Notes: a model not told the origin generated them from the letters alone. A DNA stretch of 64,000 nt from Gonapodya sp. JEL0774 (GCA_027604505.1 JADIIX010000117.1:1-64000); one strand, 5' to 3'; shown: positions 37,354-50,916, counted from the stretch's first letter. Program-made: numbers and translations.

Positions 37354-38210
37354 ATGCTTTCTACTTCCACTCCCCGACGAATCCTGATCATAAACCCGAA
37401 CTCGACGTGCGCAATGACGGACGGACTGAAACCGCTGGTCGATCGTCTTGGTTTCACAGATGTAGGTTGAGAACGTGGGGAAAGGTTATCCGGATGATCG
37501 AATCCAGCAGCTCGATTTAAACGATTGCACGGTTTATCTCCGTCCTTGTCCATCAGACCATCTTCAGCTACTTTACCGCTCCGTCTGGTCCTCTTTCGAT
37601 CAACAACGATGCTGACGGAGCTGCTTCGGCGACTCACTGTCTTCCTGTCCTCCGACCCATCCTCGCCGACCACGATGCCTTCCTCGTAGCGTGCTACTCT
37701 GCACATCCTCTCGTACCACTTCTTCAGAGGGAGCCTGTGGTGCTTGATGGGAAGAAACCAGTCACAGGGATCATGGAGGCGTCCGTAGACGCGAGCTTGA
37801 TGTCTCTCGGGCCAGGGGAGGCGTTCGGGGTGGTCAGCACTGGAAGGATCTGGGAGGAGCTGCTCGCCAAGGGCATCGCTGAGCACTTGGGTGTCAGCAG
37901 GGACTCCTCGGGAGTTGCATCGTCCCGCTTCGCAGGTGTGGAGACGACAGGTTTGAACGCAAATGAGCTCCACGACGCACCTGCCGAGCTTGTACGGAAA
38001 CGGATGAAGGAGGCAACCGCCAGGCTGTTGCGCAGAGGGAAAGTTGGAGCCGTTTGTCTGGGGTGCGCCGGGATGGCGGGATTGGACGATCTCGTGAGGG
38101 AGGCGTGTGTAGAGGAGATGGGCGAGGAAGCTGGGAAGCGAGTCAAGATTGTTGATGGTGTGCAGGCTGGAGTTTCATTGCTTGAAATGGCGTTGCGAGC
38201 GCGGTGGTGA
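37354..38210 (+). CDS. DCG1: Asp/Glu/hydantoin racemase family protein (Dcg1-like)
   Basis: RILIINPNST..MT, one intron, FTAPSGPLSIN, AFLVACYSAHPLV, GIMEAS, FGVVSTG, VCLGCAGMAGL, VDGV; both catalytic Cys present. Confidence 0.9.
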
Positions 38211-38870
38211 CATTAAGCTTACGGAAGGTCTGCGTATACATCCCGTATCGTTTATTCTCTGACCTCAAAGCATCTTCAAGGACGTTTTTATTGACATTCG
38301 AAAGCACGGATGAGGGCCGTGTGAAGGTCTTTTGCATGACACTCCATTCCCACTCCCATGGACTTACTGAACACTTACTTCGTAGAGTGACTTGTTGTGC
38401 AAGTATCTGCATTAGAGAATCTTGAAATGAAAAATTGCAAACTCTTTTGTTCCCTGTCTGAATGTTTGACTGCCGTCGTCCTGGCTGTGGGGCAAAAGGC
38501 CATCGCACCCCCGACGAGATACAGCGTGCCACCCATTGATGGGTGCAGACCGGGAAGATAACTCTGAGCGTGCGTTGCTTCTCTTTGGGAGACGCGTGAA
38601 GATAGCAGACGAGTCGAGTGATGGTCATCAGCTTTGGCGCCACGGATGGAACAAAGGTCGCACTGGACCTGTGGACTCGTAAATGTTTCGATTATGATCC
38701 TAGATACTTTGTGCTGATTCTTGCTCTTTCTCTTAACACTCGGTGGCATCCGCATCACGTCCTCGTGTGTACATACATTTACATTAGAACCCGACCTGTC
38801 ACCGTTCAACTACAATCCACCGAACATCATCCCCCCCGGCCCTGAGCTCGGCGCAATCGGGGAGCAACTT

Positions 38871-40873
38871 ATGCAGAAGCATCATTCGCTTCCCTCTCCA
38901 ATCTCGTCACCTGCACTTCAACAGCCCCTCAGCTCGTCCTCAACTTTTCTCGGGATGCAGCTCAAATGGATATCCTTGTTGATTCTCGTCGTACAAAACT
39001 CGATGCTGGTCATTGTCATGAAGTACGCGAGAATGCAGCCGGGTCAGAAATTCCTCTCTTCCACTGCCGTAGGTCCGTGTCACCATTGGCATTCCCTAGT
39101 TGATACAGAAGGCGTTGGATACTGGAAATGAAATATGGTCGGCATTCCAGCCATCAACTGTTCTGAGACTGGGCGTGGGGAATGTGGACAAGCAATTGCA
39201 AGGGGGGGTGGCAGGAACGGCCATGTCCTCGATGGTCGCACGTCAGACAGCTCGTGATTCTAGCAAAGAGATTTGCGCAAGAGCAGTGGAACACGGCATC
39301 AATCATGGACTCGAGCACTATGGCTCTAACGCGAATGGAAATGTCGATTGATTTTGGAGTCCGATTTTCTCCGGAAAAGAACTACCAGAACGTCACATCT
39401 ACATTTGCTCGGATTTTTGAGTCGTTCGAAACTGAGCAAGGAGAAACATGGGAACTGTCAGAGGAATCTGTTAAACCACAAGCAAACCAGCACCAATTGC
39501 ATTGCGCTGTCCTCGTAACACATGGTGGATATCTCGATGTGGTTGGCGGCTGATATGAGTTTGCTCTTTAAACTTGAAGATAACAGAGAAAATGGCTGTG
39601 ACGAGATGGGCGTCCAAGCATGCTGACCCTCCCGCTCATTCTGTCTCCCTCCTCCCCGCTGTCAGTCATGTCTGAGGTATTCAAACTCCTCGTCTCTACC
39701 ATCATCTACTACAATGATGAGCAGTCGGCCCGCAATGCCCACACCCCAATCCGCGCGCACCCGCTCGGATTTCCTCCGGGTTTCAGTCTGCGGAAATTCT
39801 GGCACGACCTATTTGGCTCCGAAAGTCAGTGGTATAAGCTGACGGTGCCCGCCGTGCTCTATTTTGTTCAGAATAATCTTCAGTATGTGGCAGTGGGTGC
39901 GTTGGACGCTGCCACGTTTCAGGTCACCTATCAAATGAAGGTGAGCATTCAATGCGGAAGACGTATGGGGATGGGCTTCCCATGGTGCTTCCGTTTTGGA
40001 GCAAGTACGGGCTCGCGAATAACCCCGTGGATAGAAATTGATCCATCTTTGAAACCGAATTTTCTTCGCATGTATTCCGTGACTGATGTCTCCAAGGTGA
40101 AACTAACGCCGTTTTCCTGCCCAAAGATTCTCACTACCGCACTCTGCTCCGTCCTCATGCTCAACCGCTCCCTCTCCAACCTCAAATGGGTCTCCTTGTT
40201 TCTCTTGACAGCTGGCATCGCTCTTGTCCAGCTCCCGCCCGACACCTTCTCGTCCACAGCTACCAAGCACCACTCCTCTTCTTCCGATCCCGTCAAGGGT
40301 CTTGTTGCTGTCACCGTTGCCTGCATTCTATCTGGTCTCGCGGGAGTCTACTTTGAGAAAATTCTCAAGGGGTCCACGGCGAGTCTTTGGGTCCGCAACG
40401 TCCAGCTCTCCCTGTTCACCATCATCCCCGGCTATTTCTTTGGTGTGCTCGTGGTGGACGGGCAACAGCTGAGAGTGGGTGGAGGATTCTTCCAAGGCTA
40501 CACCGCATGGACATGGGGAGCAATCGCGACACAGGCGTTTGGTGGTCTTGTGGTGGCCGTCGTAGTAAAATACGCAGGTCAGTTTAGGTTCTTGCCACTG
40601 CAAAAACGTCTCCGCAAAATCTCATCCTGATAACACCACAAACCTCGCTCTTGCTTGCATGATTGTCCACCTTCAGACAATATCCTTAAAGGGTTTGCCA
40701 CATCCATCTCAATTATCCTTTCATCGCTCGCGTCCGTGTACCTTTTCACCTTCCAGGTCACAGGCCAGTTCTTTGCCGGTGCAGGCCTGGTCATTTACGC
40801 CACATATTTATATGGCCAACCTGACGATCCAAAGGCTGGTTACGTTAAATTGGCGGGGACGGAAAAGCGGTAG
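38871..40873 (+). CDS. Golgi UDP-galactose / nucleotide-sugar transporter (SLC35A2/Gms1-like)
   Basis: [84 protein letters not shown]. Confidence 0.93.
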
Positions 40874-41201
40874 CGAGAACGGTTGCACTTGACTGTAGTT
40901 TGCGATCAGGTCCACCGGGAGAACAAGTCGACACTTTCACCAAACAGAAGCCTTTATATGTATACATGACTCCAAGATACCCTAGAATATCGTGTTATGT
41001 GCTTGAACGTGTTCCCCATTTTGCAATCTCCGTCGAATACAACCATTTTCAGTCGGATTCAGATGTGCGTTCCGGATTTCGCAACAGCAAGATCTTCCAA
41101 ATGCTAAGCTCAAATACAAAATTGCTGGAACCAGATCACCACTCATATGCCATCTTGCTCCTACATTCAAAGAACTTTGGGACACACACTCGCAGATGAA
41201 A

Positions 41202-44200
41202 TCACAAAGTTCGTACTTTCCTCTCCATGTCTTTCACCATATTCTCCAATCTCGTCAAATCGGTTGTCACCAACTTCAAGTCACCGAGAATTCTGGCCAC
41301 CTGTGCTTTTATATTTTGTTCTGGTGTAGCAGGTGTGGTGAGTGTAGTCACGTCAGGACTTGTCGACGCCGCCACGGACGCACGTAGCGTGTCAGGTTCA
41401 GATATCGACACGGACTCCACCCGGTCTATCGTTGGTAATTGTAGAGCAGCAGATCTCAGTTTTTTGGAATACAACTCCCTGATGCACGACTTTTCCTCAT
41501 TGCGTAACAATGTGGGAGGTTCTGTTTCATCTTGACACATGGTTGAGGTTGAGCCATCCAACACGTCCATAGCAGAATCAGCTCCAAAAGCGGCTCGCTG
41601 CCGAGCAGTCGCTCGAGAGGAACCGCTCCCATCACGTACAACGTTATTGTTTACCTCCTGGACCTCCACAGGGACCGGAACCAACCGGAGCTTCGCACTA
41701 GCCCGTGCTGCCTCCCTGTTGCACCACGATAAGGAAGGTGCAGCCTGTGGAGAGCGCGAATGGACATTTGGCGCATCTTGTGCACCAATTTCGATCTGTT
41801 CCGACGACCAGAGCATGTGGTGCTGGCTAAATTGAGCGTCGGAATCCAACTCCTCCGGGGCAAGGTTTAGGAAATGTCTTTGTCTCTTGTGCACGATGGA
41901 TCCCGCCTCCTCCTCGGTGTCACAGTCTCGCCCATTGGGGACCCGCTTGCGCCTTTTCTGCACCAACAACGCGCCGCCACCGCCCGTCACACCGTCCGCT
42001 TCCTCACCAGCCTCATCCGCCGGTTCCTTCGGTACCGCACTGCTCACAACTCCGATTTGTGCGATGGCTTCGTGCAAGACGGTCGAGTCGTCTTCGTCCA
42101 GCACGTCCATGAGTTCTTCATAAATTACCTCACTGTCATCCGAAAAGGCAAACCCATTACCGGGCACCCCGGACCCGGGAACTGGACCGGTACTGTTGCC
42201 GTTCAGCTTTATTCCAGCGAGCTCTGAACCGACACCAATGCTGCTGTCTACGTTTCCTTGCATGCCAGGTAAGGTCTGGTGGACTGATTCCCTGTTCCCG
42301 CCCCCGCCATCACCGTCGCGGTTTCCTTCCCTCTTGCCTTCCCCTGCGTCATTCTCCCTTTCTTCGTCCGCATCGCCCACATTCCTCTTGCGGGATCTCC
42401 CACGTGCCGTCCGAGTCCACCCGTTCCCACGCGGTCGCTTTCTATTGTGGCTCTGACGAGCCTCGGGTTCCTGTTCTGACTGCGATTGCGGAAGCGACCC
42501 CGACAGGGACGGCGGCCGAGACGATAGCGGGAGAAACAGACCAGAATCGACCGTGGGGCACGTTTCTGTGGACCAGATAACGGTGGGAATGGCGGGCGGG
42601 GCGGGATCGGGAGGTGGAGGCGTGGGTAGAGGCGTGGGTAGAGGCGTGGAATGCGACGAGGTGGAGATCGATCGCGAGACCGACGCTCGCGGTCGCGGTT
42701 GGCCTCGGCCTCTGCCTCGCCCCCGCACTCCTTCTCGTTGTTGGGTTTTCGCGCGAGAGCTGGAGCGGTACTCGGTGTCTTCTTCGTCGTCACTTGCAGA
42801 GTCCTCACTTGAGCTGTGTGAGCGGCTACGACCGGCGGCAGATGTGTCGCAAGACACCATCGGAGAATCGGTTCTGACGGGAAATGTGTAGCGAGATAGC
42901 ACCGGTGAGTCAATCCTGGCGGTAGGTGTGTCGCGAGACAGCACTGGGGAGTCGGTGCTGACGCCAGGTGTGTCACGAGACAGCACCGAGGAGTCGGTTC
43001 GGTCTACTTCCTGGGTAGATAGGACCTGTTCGGATTTGGTGTCCACATGTTCTACGGACGACGACTCGTCGTCCTCGCCCTGGTCGATCTCGCTCAGGGC
43101 AGAGGACGACGTCACCTCTTCGAGCGTCCAAAATTTGGATTGCCCGCCGTTACTACTACCACCGCTCCGCCTGTGTCCCCGGGAACGAGCGGTAGGGTTG
43201 CCTGCGTTCCCTCGGGCAGATGCAGGACCGGCTCCCCGCCCTCGAATAGATCCGCCTCCACCTCCACCTCTGGACCGACCACGGCGGCGACGAGAGTGGG
43301 AGAGGGTTGCGGGTTTCGAGTGCGATGATGACAAGGGGTTGGCCCTGGACCCCCCCGCCCGCTTGGAGTCACCCGCCGCGGTGGAAGGAGCGGCCAGTAG
43401 CCCCATGACCCTACACCACGCGTCTGCATCCGCGATAGACGAGTTCCGCTGCTTGAGCATGGTGGCTCTGCGGTCGAGTCTGGGGTCGAGGTCGAGGTCG
43501 AGGTCGAGGGCGGCGTCGAGGGCGCGGGCAAGGACGAGGGCAGGGGAGGACGGGGATTTGGGAAGGAGGGAGGCGAAGGAGGATTTGCGTTTGATGGGGG
43601 TCGCGGAGGTGGGGAGGGGGTAGGGGTAGAGTTCGTGGAGAGGGGCCCAGCCACTTGTGGTGGGAATGGTGGACGGGGGCCGATGGCGAACAGAATGGTA
43701 TGAAAGAGTCAAAAAAGCATGGAAAAGGAGGGGTCATCGGAGAAAACCCGGGCAGATATAGGAAGTGTGAGTGTGAAAAGAACGTTGAGCAGAATTGATT
43801 GCGCAGTTTCCGTACAAGAAGCTGGAGGCCCAAACTCACAATTTTTCCTCTCCAACGTCAAAGAACATGACCGGGTAGAGCTCTTCGTCGGTATCGTCGT
43901 CTGCACAGTCAGCATCACCCGCACCAACCCCGTCACCTCGACCACCACCACCGCCATTGTGATTGTCCTCCTGTGCCTCAGCAAAGAGCGCTTTCTGCTC
44001 GTCGTCGAGGGCGTTGACGTCGAGCGATCTGGCTGGCCAGGTAGGCCATTGCCCGCCCCAGGTTCGACAGAGTAAAGGGGTGTCTGGCAATGGGGGCAGT
44101 TCGAGGGGTGGAGGAAGGGGCGGAGCGTCGAGGAGGGCCGTGTACGCGCGGAGTTTGCGACGTTTCTTGTCGCGTGCGGCCTTTGCTTCTGCTCGCCGCC

Positions 44201-44519
44201 GCTTTCGCGCGTCCTCGTCCTCGTCCTCGTCCTCCTCGGCATCGCTGCTCCTGCTGCTGCTGCCGCTTCTCTGGCTGTTGCGCGCCGACCTCACGTCCTC
44301 CTTCTTCGTGTGCGCGGCTCCGCACACGCCATTGCTGTCGGCTGGATTAAGCTCACTGCCCGCGTTGTCCCCGTCCTCGTCCAAGTCACCTTTGTCCCCG
44401 TCGAGGCTCACACCGCGACAGGAGCTCAACTCGGATCCATCGTCGTCCCACTCCAACGCCGATTTCACTTCTGGTCTTCGCTGGTCTGGTTCTGGCGAGG
44501 ACTCGGGCTCGATTTTCAT
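41202..44519 (-). CDS. PWWP-like domain protein with long disordered R/G/S-rich region and C-terminal coiled coil
   Basis: Two exons (intron 43654-43839): CRTWGGQWPTWPAR...YPVMFFDVGEEKF|GWAPLHELYPY...LARALDAA. Confidence 0.65.
42843..43000. repeat. 42-bp degenerate coding repeat x4 (DS[SP]VLSRDT...)
   Basis: Units start at 42843, 42885, 42927 and 42969 (tgtgtc.cgagacagcac..gagtc). Confidence 0.8.
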
Positions 44520-44891
44520 CGGTCAGTTGAAAGCAAACCGCAGGTGGAAGTGAAACCCAAACCCCAAACGAATTGATTTGATTTAACGCGAAACACGAAG
44601 ACGCTCAACAGAGATTCAGCTGCATTTATTAGAGGCATTCTTCTACTCTGTCGGCCAGCGGCGGCAGCGTGGGCATTTTTAAAGGCATTCAAATAAAATA
44701 GAGCTTGATAAAGGACGGACAACACATTCAACTATATGAGTCGTTAATTAAACTTTTCTGTTTCTAGAAGTTCCAATTGGCTTTGGACTGCTGTCAGTGA
44801 GGTCGCTGGTCAGCTTCACTTTTTTGTTCTTTCAGTTGTATGTTCTTCACACCAAAATTCCGGAACCGAACGACTTGAAAAGAATTGGAAA

Positions 44892-47572
44892 ATGCCACCA
44901 GCGAAGACGGCGCGCGCTCAATCGGCGGAGGAAATGATCGACGGTGCGGCCGTCGCGTCGCTGATCCCCAGCTTTCTCTTTTGAATGCGTGATTTCACAG
45001 ACTCTTATCGACGCTGCCCCCACGGGCCATTTTCTCCATCTTTTTTGCCGCATTTCAATGAAAATATGCTCTACTTAATTACGTGAAATCGCAGACGCGG
45101 CTAAACAGGAAGACAAGGCGGCGTCGTTCGGTTTCTCCGGCGAAAAGGGCCTCCGTGCTCTCCACCGCGCCGCCGACCTCTACTTGCACAGCTTTCGCGC
45201 TGCAGAGGAGCGAGCCGCCCAGCTCGGCGGGGACAGGCCCAAAAATGATGACCCTCGGGCCGCCGCGGAATGGTCGTTGAACGTCCATGCGGCGGTGGAG
45301 AGCTTGATTGGCATGTGAGTCGGGCATCTCGAGCCTTTGAGGGATTCGAACGTGTGGTTGAACGGGGAGAGTGGTTGCCGGCCGGGGCTGGGGTTCGTTG
45401 GGAGGGTTGGTCGGCGGTTCGTGCGCGGTGGGAACACACAGATGTCAGAGTTCAAACGACAACGTGGAAGTCGCTTCCTCCTAGCTCTGATACGTGGAAT
45501 CAAAAGTGTGTTTACGAAACGTGCCAGTCACAGAGACCCGGTGTGCAGTGGTGTATGCTGCCTTTTGGTATCCCCGCTCGAAAGAACTTGTTGTCAAAGG
45601 AATCTCCTCGTGCGCACCTGCTCAAATCACTCGTGCTGCTTTCGACCACTCCCTTTGAACATGAATCGGGTTTTGGCGGTTGGCGGTGCCGCGGTGCCCC
45701 TCCCGTTTTTTTCTCCAACCCGTTCTCCGCCTCCCAGCGCTCGCACCGCCCACCGACTCTCATCCCACCCGAACCCACCGACACCGCCCTCGCTGTCCCT
45801 CCACCTTCTCCTCCTCGCCACCCACGCCTCCCGCCTCGCCCTCTCCTCCGCATCCCACCACAACGCCCTCCTCCCTCCCTCCTCTGCCCGCCCCATCCCC
45901 ACCACCGACGCCTCATTCAACCTCGCACAGCAACTCCGCGACCTTGCCGATACCATCGCCGACCGCGACGTCGTCCACGTTCACGTCCACGACTATCCAG
46001 GCCCGGCACCCACAGGGGACGTGCCCACGACCACGACCGCCACTGTCCTGTCACCCCTCCCCGACCCGGGAACCCTCCCTGACCCACCGTACCTCGCCAG
46101 AGAAGCCGCTGAGCTGCTGGGGCACGTGTATGTCGAGCAGGTCCGTGCGGCGAGAGAGCAAGAGTGGATGGGGTGGACGTTTCACGCCGAGGTGGACCGA
46201 GAGGGGTCAGGTGCGAGTGCTGGTGAGTGTTGCCGGTGCTGGTCTGAGCGTCGAGGCGCCAATAAACTCCTCCCACCCAGGCACAACCAACCACACCGTC
46301 GATGTCGATGCCAATGCAATGGACACCTCGGGGACCCACTCCGACCACGACCACACGCTCGACAGTGACGCGGACCCCGTCACCCCGCTCGCCCTTCACG
46401 ATACATTGCTGGCCCTTGCGGGAGCCTTGGGCGACCTGCTACAATTCGCAGCTGAATCCGACGCGGCAGTCGCCGGTGCATCACCCTCCGCGGCCCTCGC
46501 CTCGGTCACCGTGTCCATCCCGGATGCCCTCCTGGGTTCGGCGGCGACCACCGACTCAGCCGCCACCCCGCCGTTCGACGACACATCTCTCGTCTCTGTT
46601 CCGCTCACTGCGCTGGCATTCGCGGCCCTCCGCGCACCGGGCATGGCCCTCCGTCTCGTACCGGGCTCTCCCGAGGCCCTCCACACCCGCGCATCCCTGG
46701 CCGCCGAACTTGCCAACGCAACGCACGACGTTCACTCCCTCGAGCAGGCGGCAGCAGAGTTGGAGACCGTAGCACGGAGTGCAGAGGCGGCAGTGGCGGC
46801 CTTGGCGGGCGGGAGCCCGGCAGAGGGCAGAATGGGTGTGCTGGAGCTGAGAGCCATGACGGGCGAAGCCCTCTCGGAGCGAGGTGATGCGTTGCTGGCC
46901 CTCGCACGCCTCGCGCACGCCTCGGCATCCTCCACATCCTCGGCCGCCCCTTCTCGTCTCCGCCCCAACCTCGCCGCCTCCCTTCAATCCTACTCCCGCG
47001 CGCTAACGTTCACCCTCCCTCCCCCTAGCCCGTTCACTCAGCCCGTGCCTCTCTCGTGCTTTCCGCTCCTCCTCCGCCTCGCCGACCTGGAACTCCTTCG
47101 CGCCGCGTCTGGTACCTACTCAGCGACCGAGGTGGCAACGTTGGTGAAGAACGCCGAGTCGTACGCAGGAAGGGCAGAGAAGTGCGCCAAAGAAGCCACA
47201 CTGCCCTGGCGAGTACAACGCCCCGGGGGCCCTCTGGCACGCCCTGCGGACCCGCTCGCCGTGCCCTCGATACTTTCCGGAGGATTCACGGCAGAGTCTG
47301 ACGCGATGCTCGCGCGATGTACCTTTGTTCTGCTTCGTTGCTGCTCGTTCCGCAGCGTATTAGCTTCGTCTCCGCCGGAAGCACTGCGCGAGGCTGCCGT
47401 ACCGCTCGTCAAAACGTTGCTGGGGCAGGTTGTGGTCGGTGAGACGTGGGAAGCGGTGTGCGAGAGAGTGGGACCGGAAGAGGACGTTGCGTGGTGTGGT
47501 GTGTGGGCGAAGATGGGCGATGCGGACGCGGGTCCTGTACTCGAGGCCATGTGGAAGCAAGTAGGGGTTTGA
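44892..47572 (+). CDS. alpha-helical TPR-like conserved fungal hypothetical protein
   Basis: Ala/Leu-rich helices DASFNLAQQLRDLAD, EAAELLGHVYVEQ, PVTPLALHDTLLALA, ERGDALLALA, QSYSRAL; 5' exons (ATG 44892) uncertain. Confidence 0.55.
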
Positions 47573-47947
47573 GGAGTTTGAAAGACTTAGTCTGAACACT
47601 AGATTGTACTTTCTGTTCTCGTCAAAGTTTTGAATCTCTCGTAGCATTAGTGAACAACATTGCGCATGTCATGGTGCATATATTGTCTGCCTTCCCTTGC
47701 AGGGAGGGAAAAATTCCCCCTTTACTCCTTTGCGTGTGACTGCAGCTAAGCTATCTTGAGTTTGTATTGAGGTTCATAATGTACTAGTTTCACTAGATCG
47801 CATGATTCGGAAATTGGTACCCTCGTGTGACATTTTTTGCCCCTGCAAGAACTCATAAAGGAGAACTTAAAGCCGGCTTACAGTTGAAACGATTACTAAA
47901 CTTAGTTATATCCTTTGTTTCCAATTTGGTCTCACAGCGTATGGTTC

Positions 47948-50475
47948 CTACGAGGCAGACCGACGCCGGCGCTTTTCTTTCTTCAGGGACCCTTGTAGAA
48001 ACCGTGTCCCGCCTGCACCGATCAGATCTGCCAGGGCGCTCAGTACAACGCCGACAAGCGCAACTTGGAACAGAGAATAGTAGGTCCTTCGTGGACCGTT
48101 GGTCGGTGTCGGTGAGTGATGATCTTAAGCGCAGGCCGTCTCACCAGAACTCCCAGCAGCCAGGTGAGTTAGGAACTAGATCACCAAACCCAATGGTCGT
48201 GAGTGTCTTGATTCAAAAGCAATGTCTCGAGGATCGATGAGATTGATTTCCAGACGTTCCACGCATGCTCACCACGTATGTGAAGTAGACGGAATCGAGA
48301 TAGCTCCACTGATCTTCCAAAATATAAAATACCGCAGCACCCACCAACCAGAATACCACACTCCAGAACCCTACCCTAACAGCCGCCCCCTGCTCCGTTC
48401 TATCTCGCAGGTTCCGCTCGGCTTTGACTTCTGCGGGATCTCTTGGTGGTGGATGTTTATACGGGGGACTGCTTTGTCCCTCAACTCCAGTATCGGCCTC
48501 GTGCTGCTCTTCTTCCGCCACTGCCTCTTCGTTGGAGTCATCAACTGAGGAAATGTCGTCCAAAATGGATTCAATGCGTGAGTCCACCGTCACATGTCGA
48601 GAAAACGACACCCCAAGTTGAGATCCAGGTCTGTATGTATCCTCAGTGGGTCTCAAGCGAGCAGGAGATGATGTGGCATAACTATCTATAGCAAAGTGTG
48701 CTTGCGGAGAATTAGAATTGTGTGGACCGCGAATCCCCACTATCGTCGACGATGGGGAAGAATTTGCGTACGAGTCCACGTCGACGAAGACGGCCGTTGA
48801 GCTGCGAGGGCTTGTTATCTCCACATTATCGTCATTCGAGTGATCATCTAGATTGAGAGCTGTGTCACCAATCGCCACGAGGTTGGATTTTACAAAACCA
48901 AGCTGTTCTTCTGGTCTCTTGGAGCCAGAATCGCCGTTCTGCTCGTCCACACTCTCATTCTCCTCTCTTGCGATCTCGTCCCTTGACCCGTCCACTTCCC
49001 ATTCCTCCTCGCTCCACATCTTGATCTTTCCCAACATCCTCCCTAAGACCACCCATAATACCTCAGAATCTTTCTTCTCGGAAGTGCGAGCCTGAACCTT
49101 ACGCTCCGCGTGTTCACGAAGATCTCTGAGTGCCAGGATTCGACGTCCGATCGAGCGTCGTGAAGAACGGCGAAAAACAGTTTGGAGCGAGAGAAGGTAA
49201 ACCCCGACGGCGGAAAGACCAATGAGGCTTTGTGGAAACAAAAGGTGCGTGGGTACAGTATCATGCAAAGTGTGTCCTTTAGGAAGGCAGTTAGTGGCTT
49301 ACCCGTAGATCATAAAAACAATGCGAGACGCGTTCGATTTGGGAGTAAGATTCCCGTACCCTGTTAGCAAATGATCCACGTTAATACAATTATTGATGCC
49401 GTTAGCAAAAAATTGTCAGTGTTAGTGTTCGTTGCTAAATCATCGTATCCACAGCCCAAGCATTGAACGATTCATACATACCAATCGTCAGAAATGAAGT
49501 GACACAAAAGACAAATGCCTGCGAGTATGTCCAGGAAGTATCGAGTCCTCAGAATTTCGCAGCACCGATCAAAAACACAAAGTACACAACAAATGTCGCG
49601 ACCACAAGCTTCTTCTCGCCCGGTTTCAAACAATGCGTCGGCGCCCCAAGCGCGAACAGGTCATACGCCATGAAAGCGAGGGTAATAACGTTGTAAGCGA
49701 TAGTAAGACAACCACTTAAGAAGGCTTGCGTAACCCAGCTCCTTGTATGTCCGATTGTCACTCCTGACGCTCCGAGCTCCCCAGAATGTGATTTAAGATA
49801 TCGAACCAGTGCAGCGAGAGCGAAAGCACATTGACCAAGAATGAGGGAGCAGTAGATGCGAGAACAGAGGAGAACGTGGCGCTCAGCAGTGCGAAGGAGA
49901 ATGAAGATGCAGGTTGCCCTCGCGGCAGACAACACAAAAGGGGGTTGGCTGACGGAGAAACACAATGGATCTTCAAACGCATGTTCGACCTCTTACATTC
50001 CCATCCCTGCAGCGATCCACAGTAGGATGGTTTCTATATTTTCCTTGAAGCGGTCGGGAAACTCCATTGGTTGCTCACACACGGGAACTCAGCATCACCG
50101 GTCACCACTCACAGTTTTCCCAAGCGGGACCGCATCAGGTTGTCCAACATATGCCACATGATATTTCAGAGAATCCGCTGCCGTACGAATTATGGCGACG
50201 AGGGCCAGGAAATGTATCTGGTGTTGAAGTAGATGACGTTGCCTTCCACTATACAAGGCTTTCCCTCCCGATCGGCGAGGAGGCCCCTTCATGGCATTCT
50301 ATTCAAAATTTACCATTGCTCCCATGACAAGCGGGCCTGATTTCCCAGCCGCCGGATTTGGGACGGTGAAGATCGCGATTAGAACGTGGAAGGTCTCATG
50401 TACCACCTTGGCAAGTATGCGTCGGAGGCGGAACATGGACTGTGAGGGGCGGGACGGCTGGCGCTTTGAGACCAT
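47948..50475 (-). CDS. TOK1: TOK-type two-pore-domain K+ channel (extra N-terminal TMs) with an in-frame TGA
   Basis: Pore 1 WTYSQAFVFCVTSFLTIG|YGNLTP; pore 2 WSYLDSVYFTYV|TLTTIGFGDLVP; additional N-terminal hydrophobic helices; TGA at 49549-49551 just before pore 1. Confidence 0.8.
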
Positions 50476-50916
50476 TGTCGATATGCTGAGGCGCTCTTGT
50501 ATGAAAAGCAAGGAGCTGCTCTGGGCTTCATGTTGACCCACTTTTCAACAGAAGCATGAATTTCGACCCCAAGAATATCCTCTTCTGAGGAATCTATTTA
50601 CTTATTCAGAGGCATGCGGTTGTGACTAATACGTAATTTTATCGACAGTGATCTCTTGGAGCGAACAGACGACCACGTGGGAAGTGACTGCTGGTCAGTT
50701 ATAAGAAGTCAAGTCCCTTGATTTGTTATTAAGCATGTCTGTTCTTGCATCATGCATAGTCTCCCTCCTCTGACGTGCTGTCAGTAACCTGCTTTGTAAG
50801 GCGTGGTGTGCGGAGCGGGAGCACGTTGTTACAGCTCACTTCTATTGGAAGGACTTCATCAATTCTAAAAGCGGAGCTTACAGATCTCCACCGAAGGTGA
50901 ATCCATCCCTGGTCCC

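Noticed and set aside
43484..43510. (GTCGAG)n microsatellite
   Set aside because: Encodes LDLDLD within the PWWP-like gene; ordinary coding slippage.
41227..47550. Many overlapping antisense and alternative-frame ORFs
   Set aside because: Shadow ORFs of GC-rich low-complexity coding sequence; no motifs.
16246..49551. In-frame TGA codons (kinase 16246, K+ channel 49549) as selenocysteine
   Set aside because: Some early-diverging fungi use Sec, but these sites are not Cys-aligned redox positions, the kinase has other lesions, and I could not identify a SECIS element.
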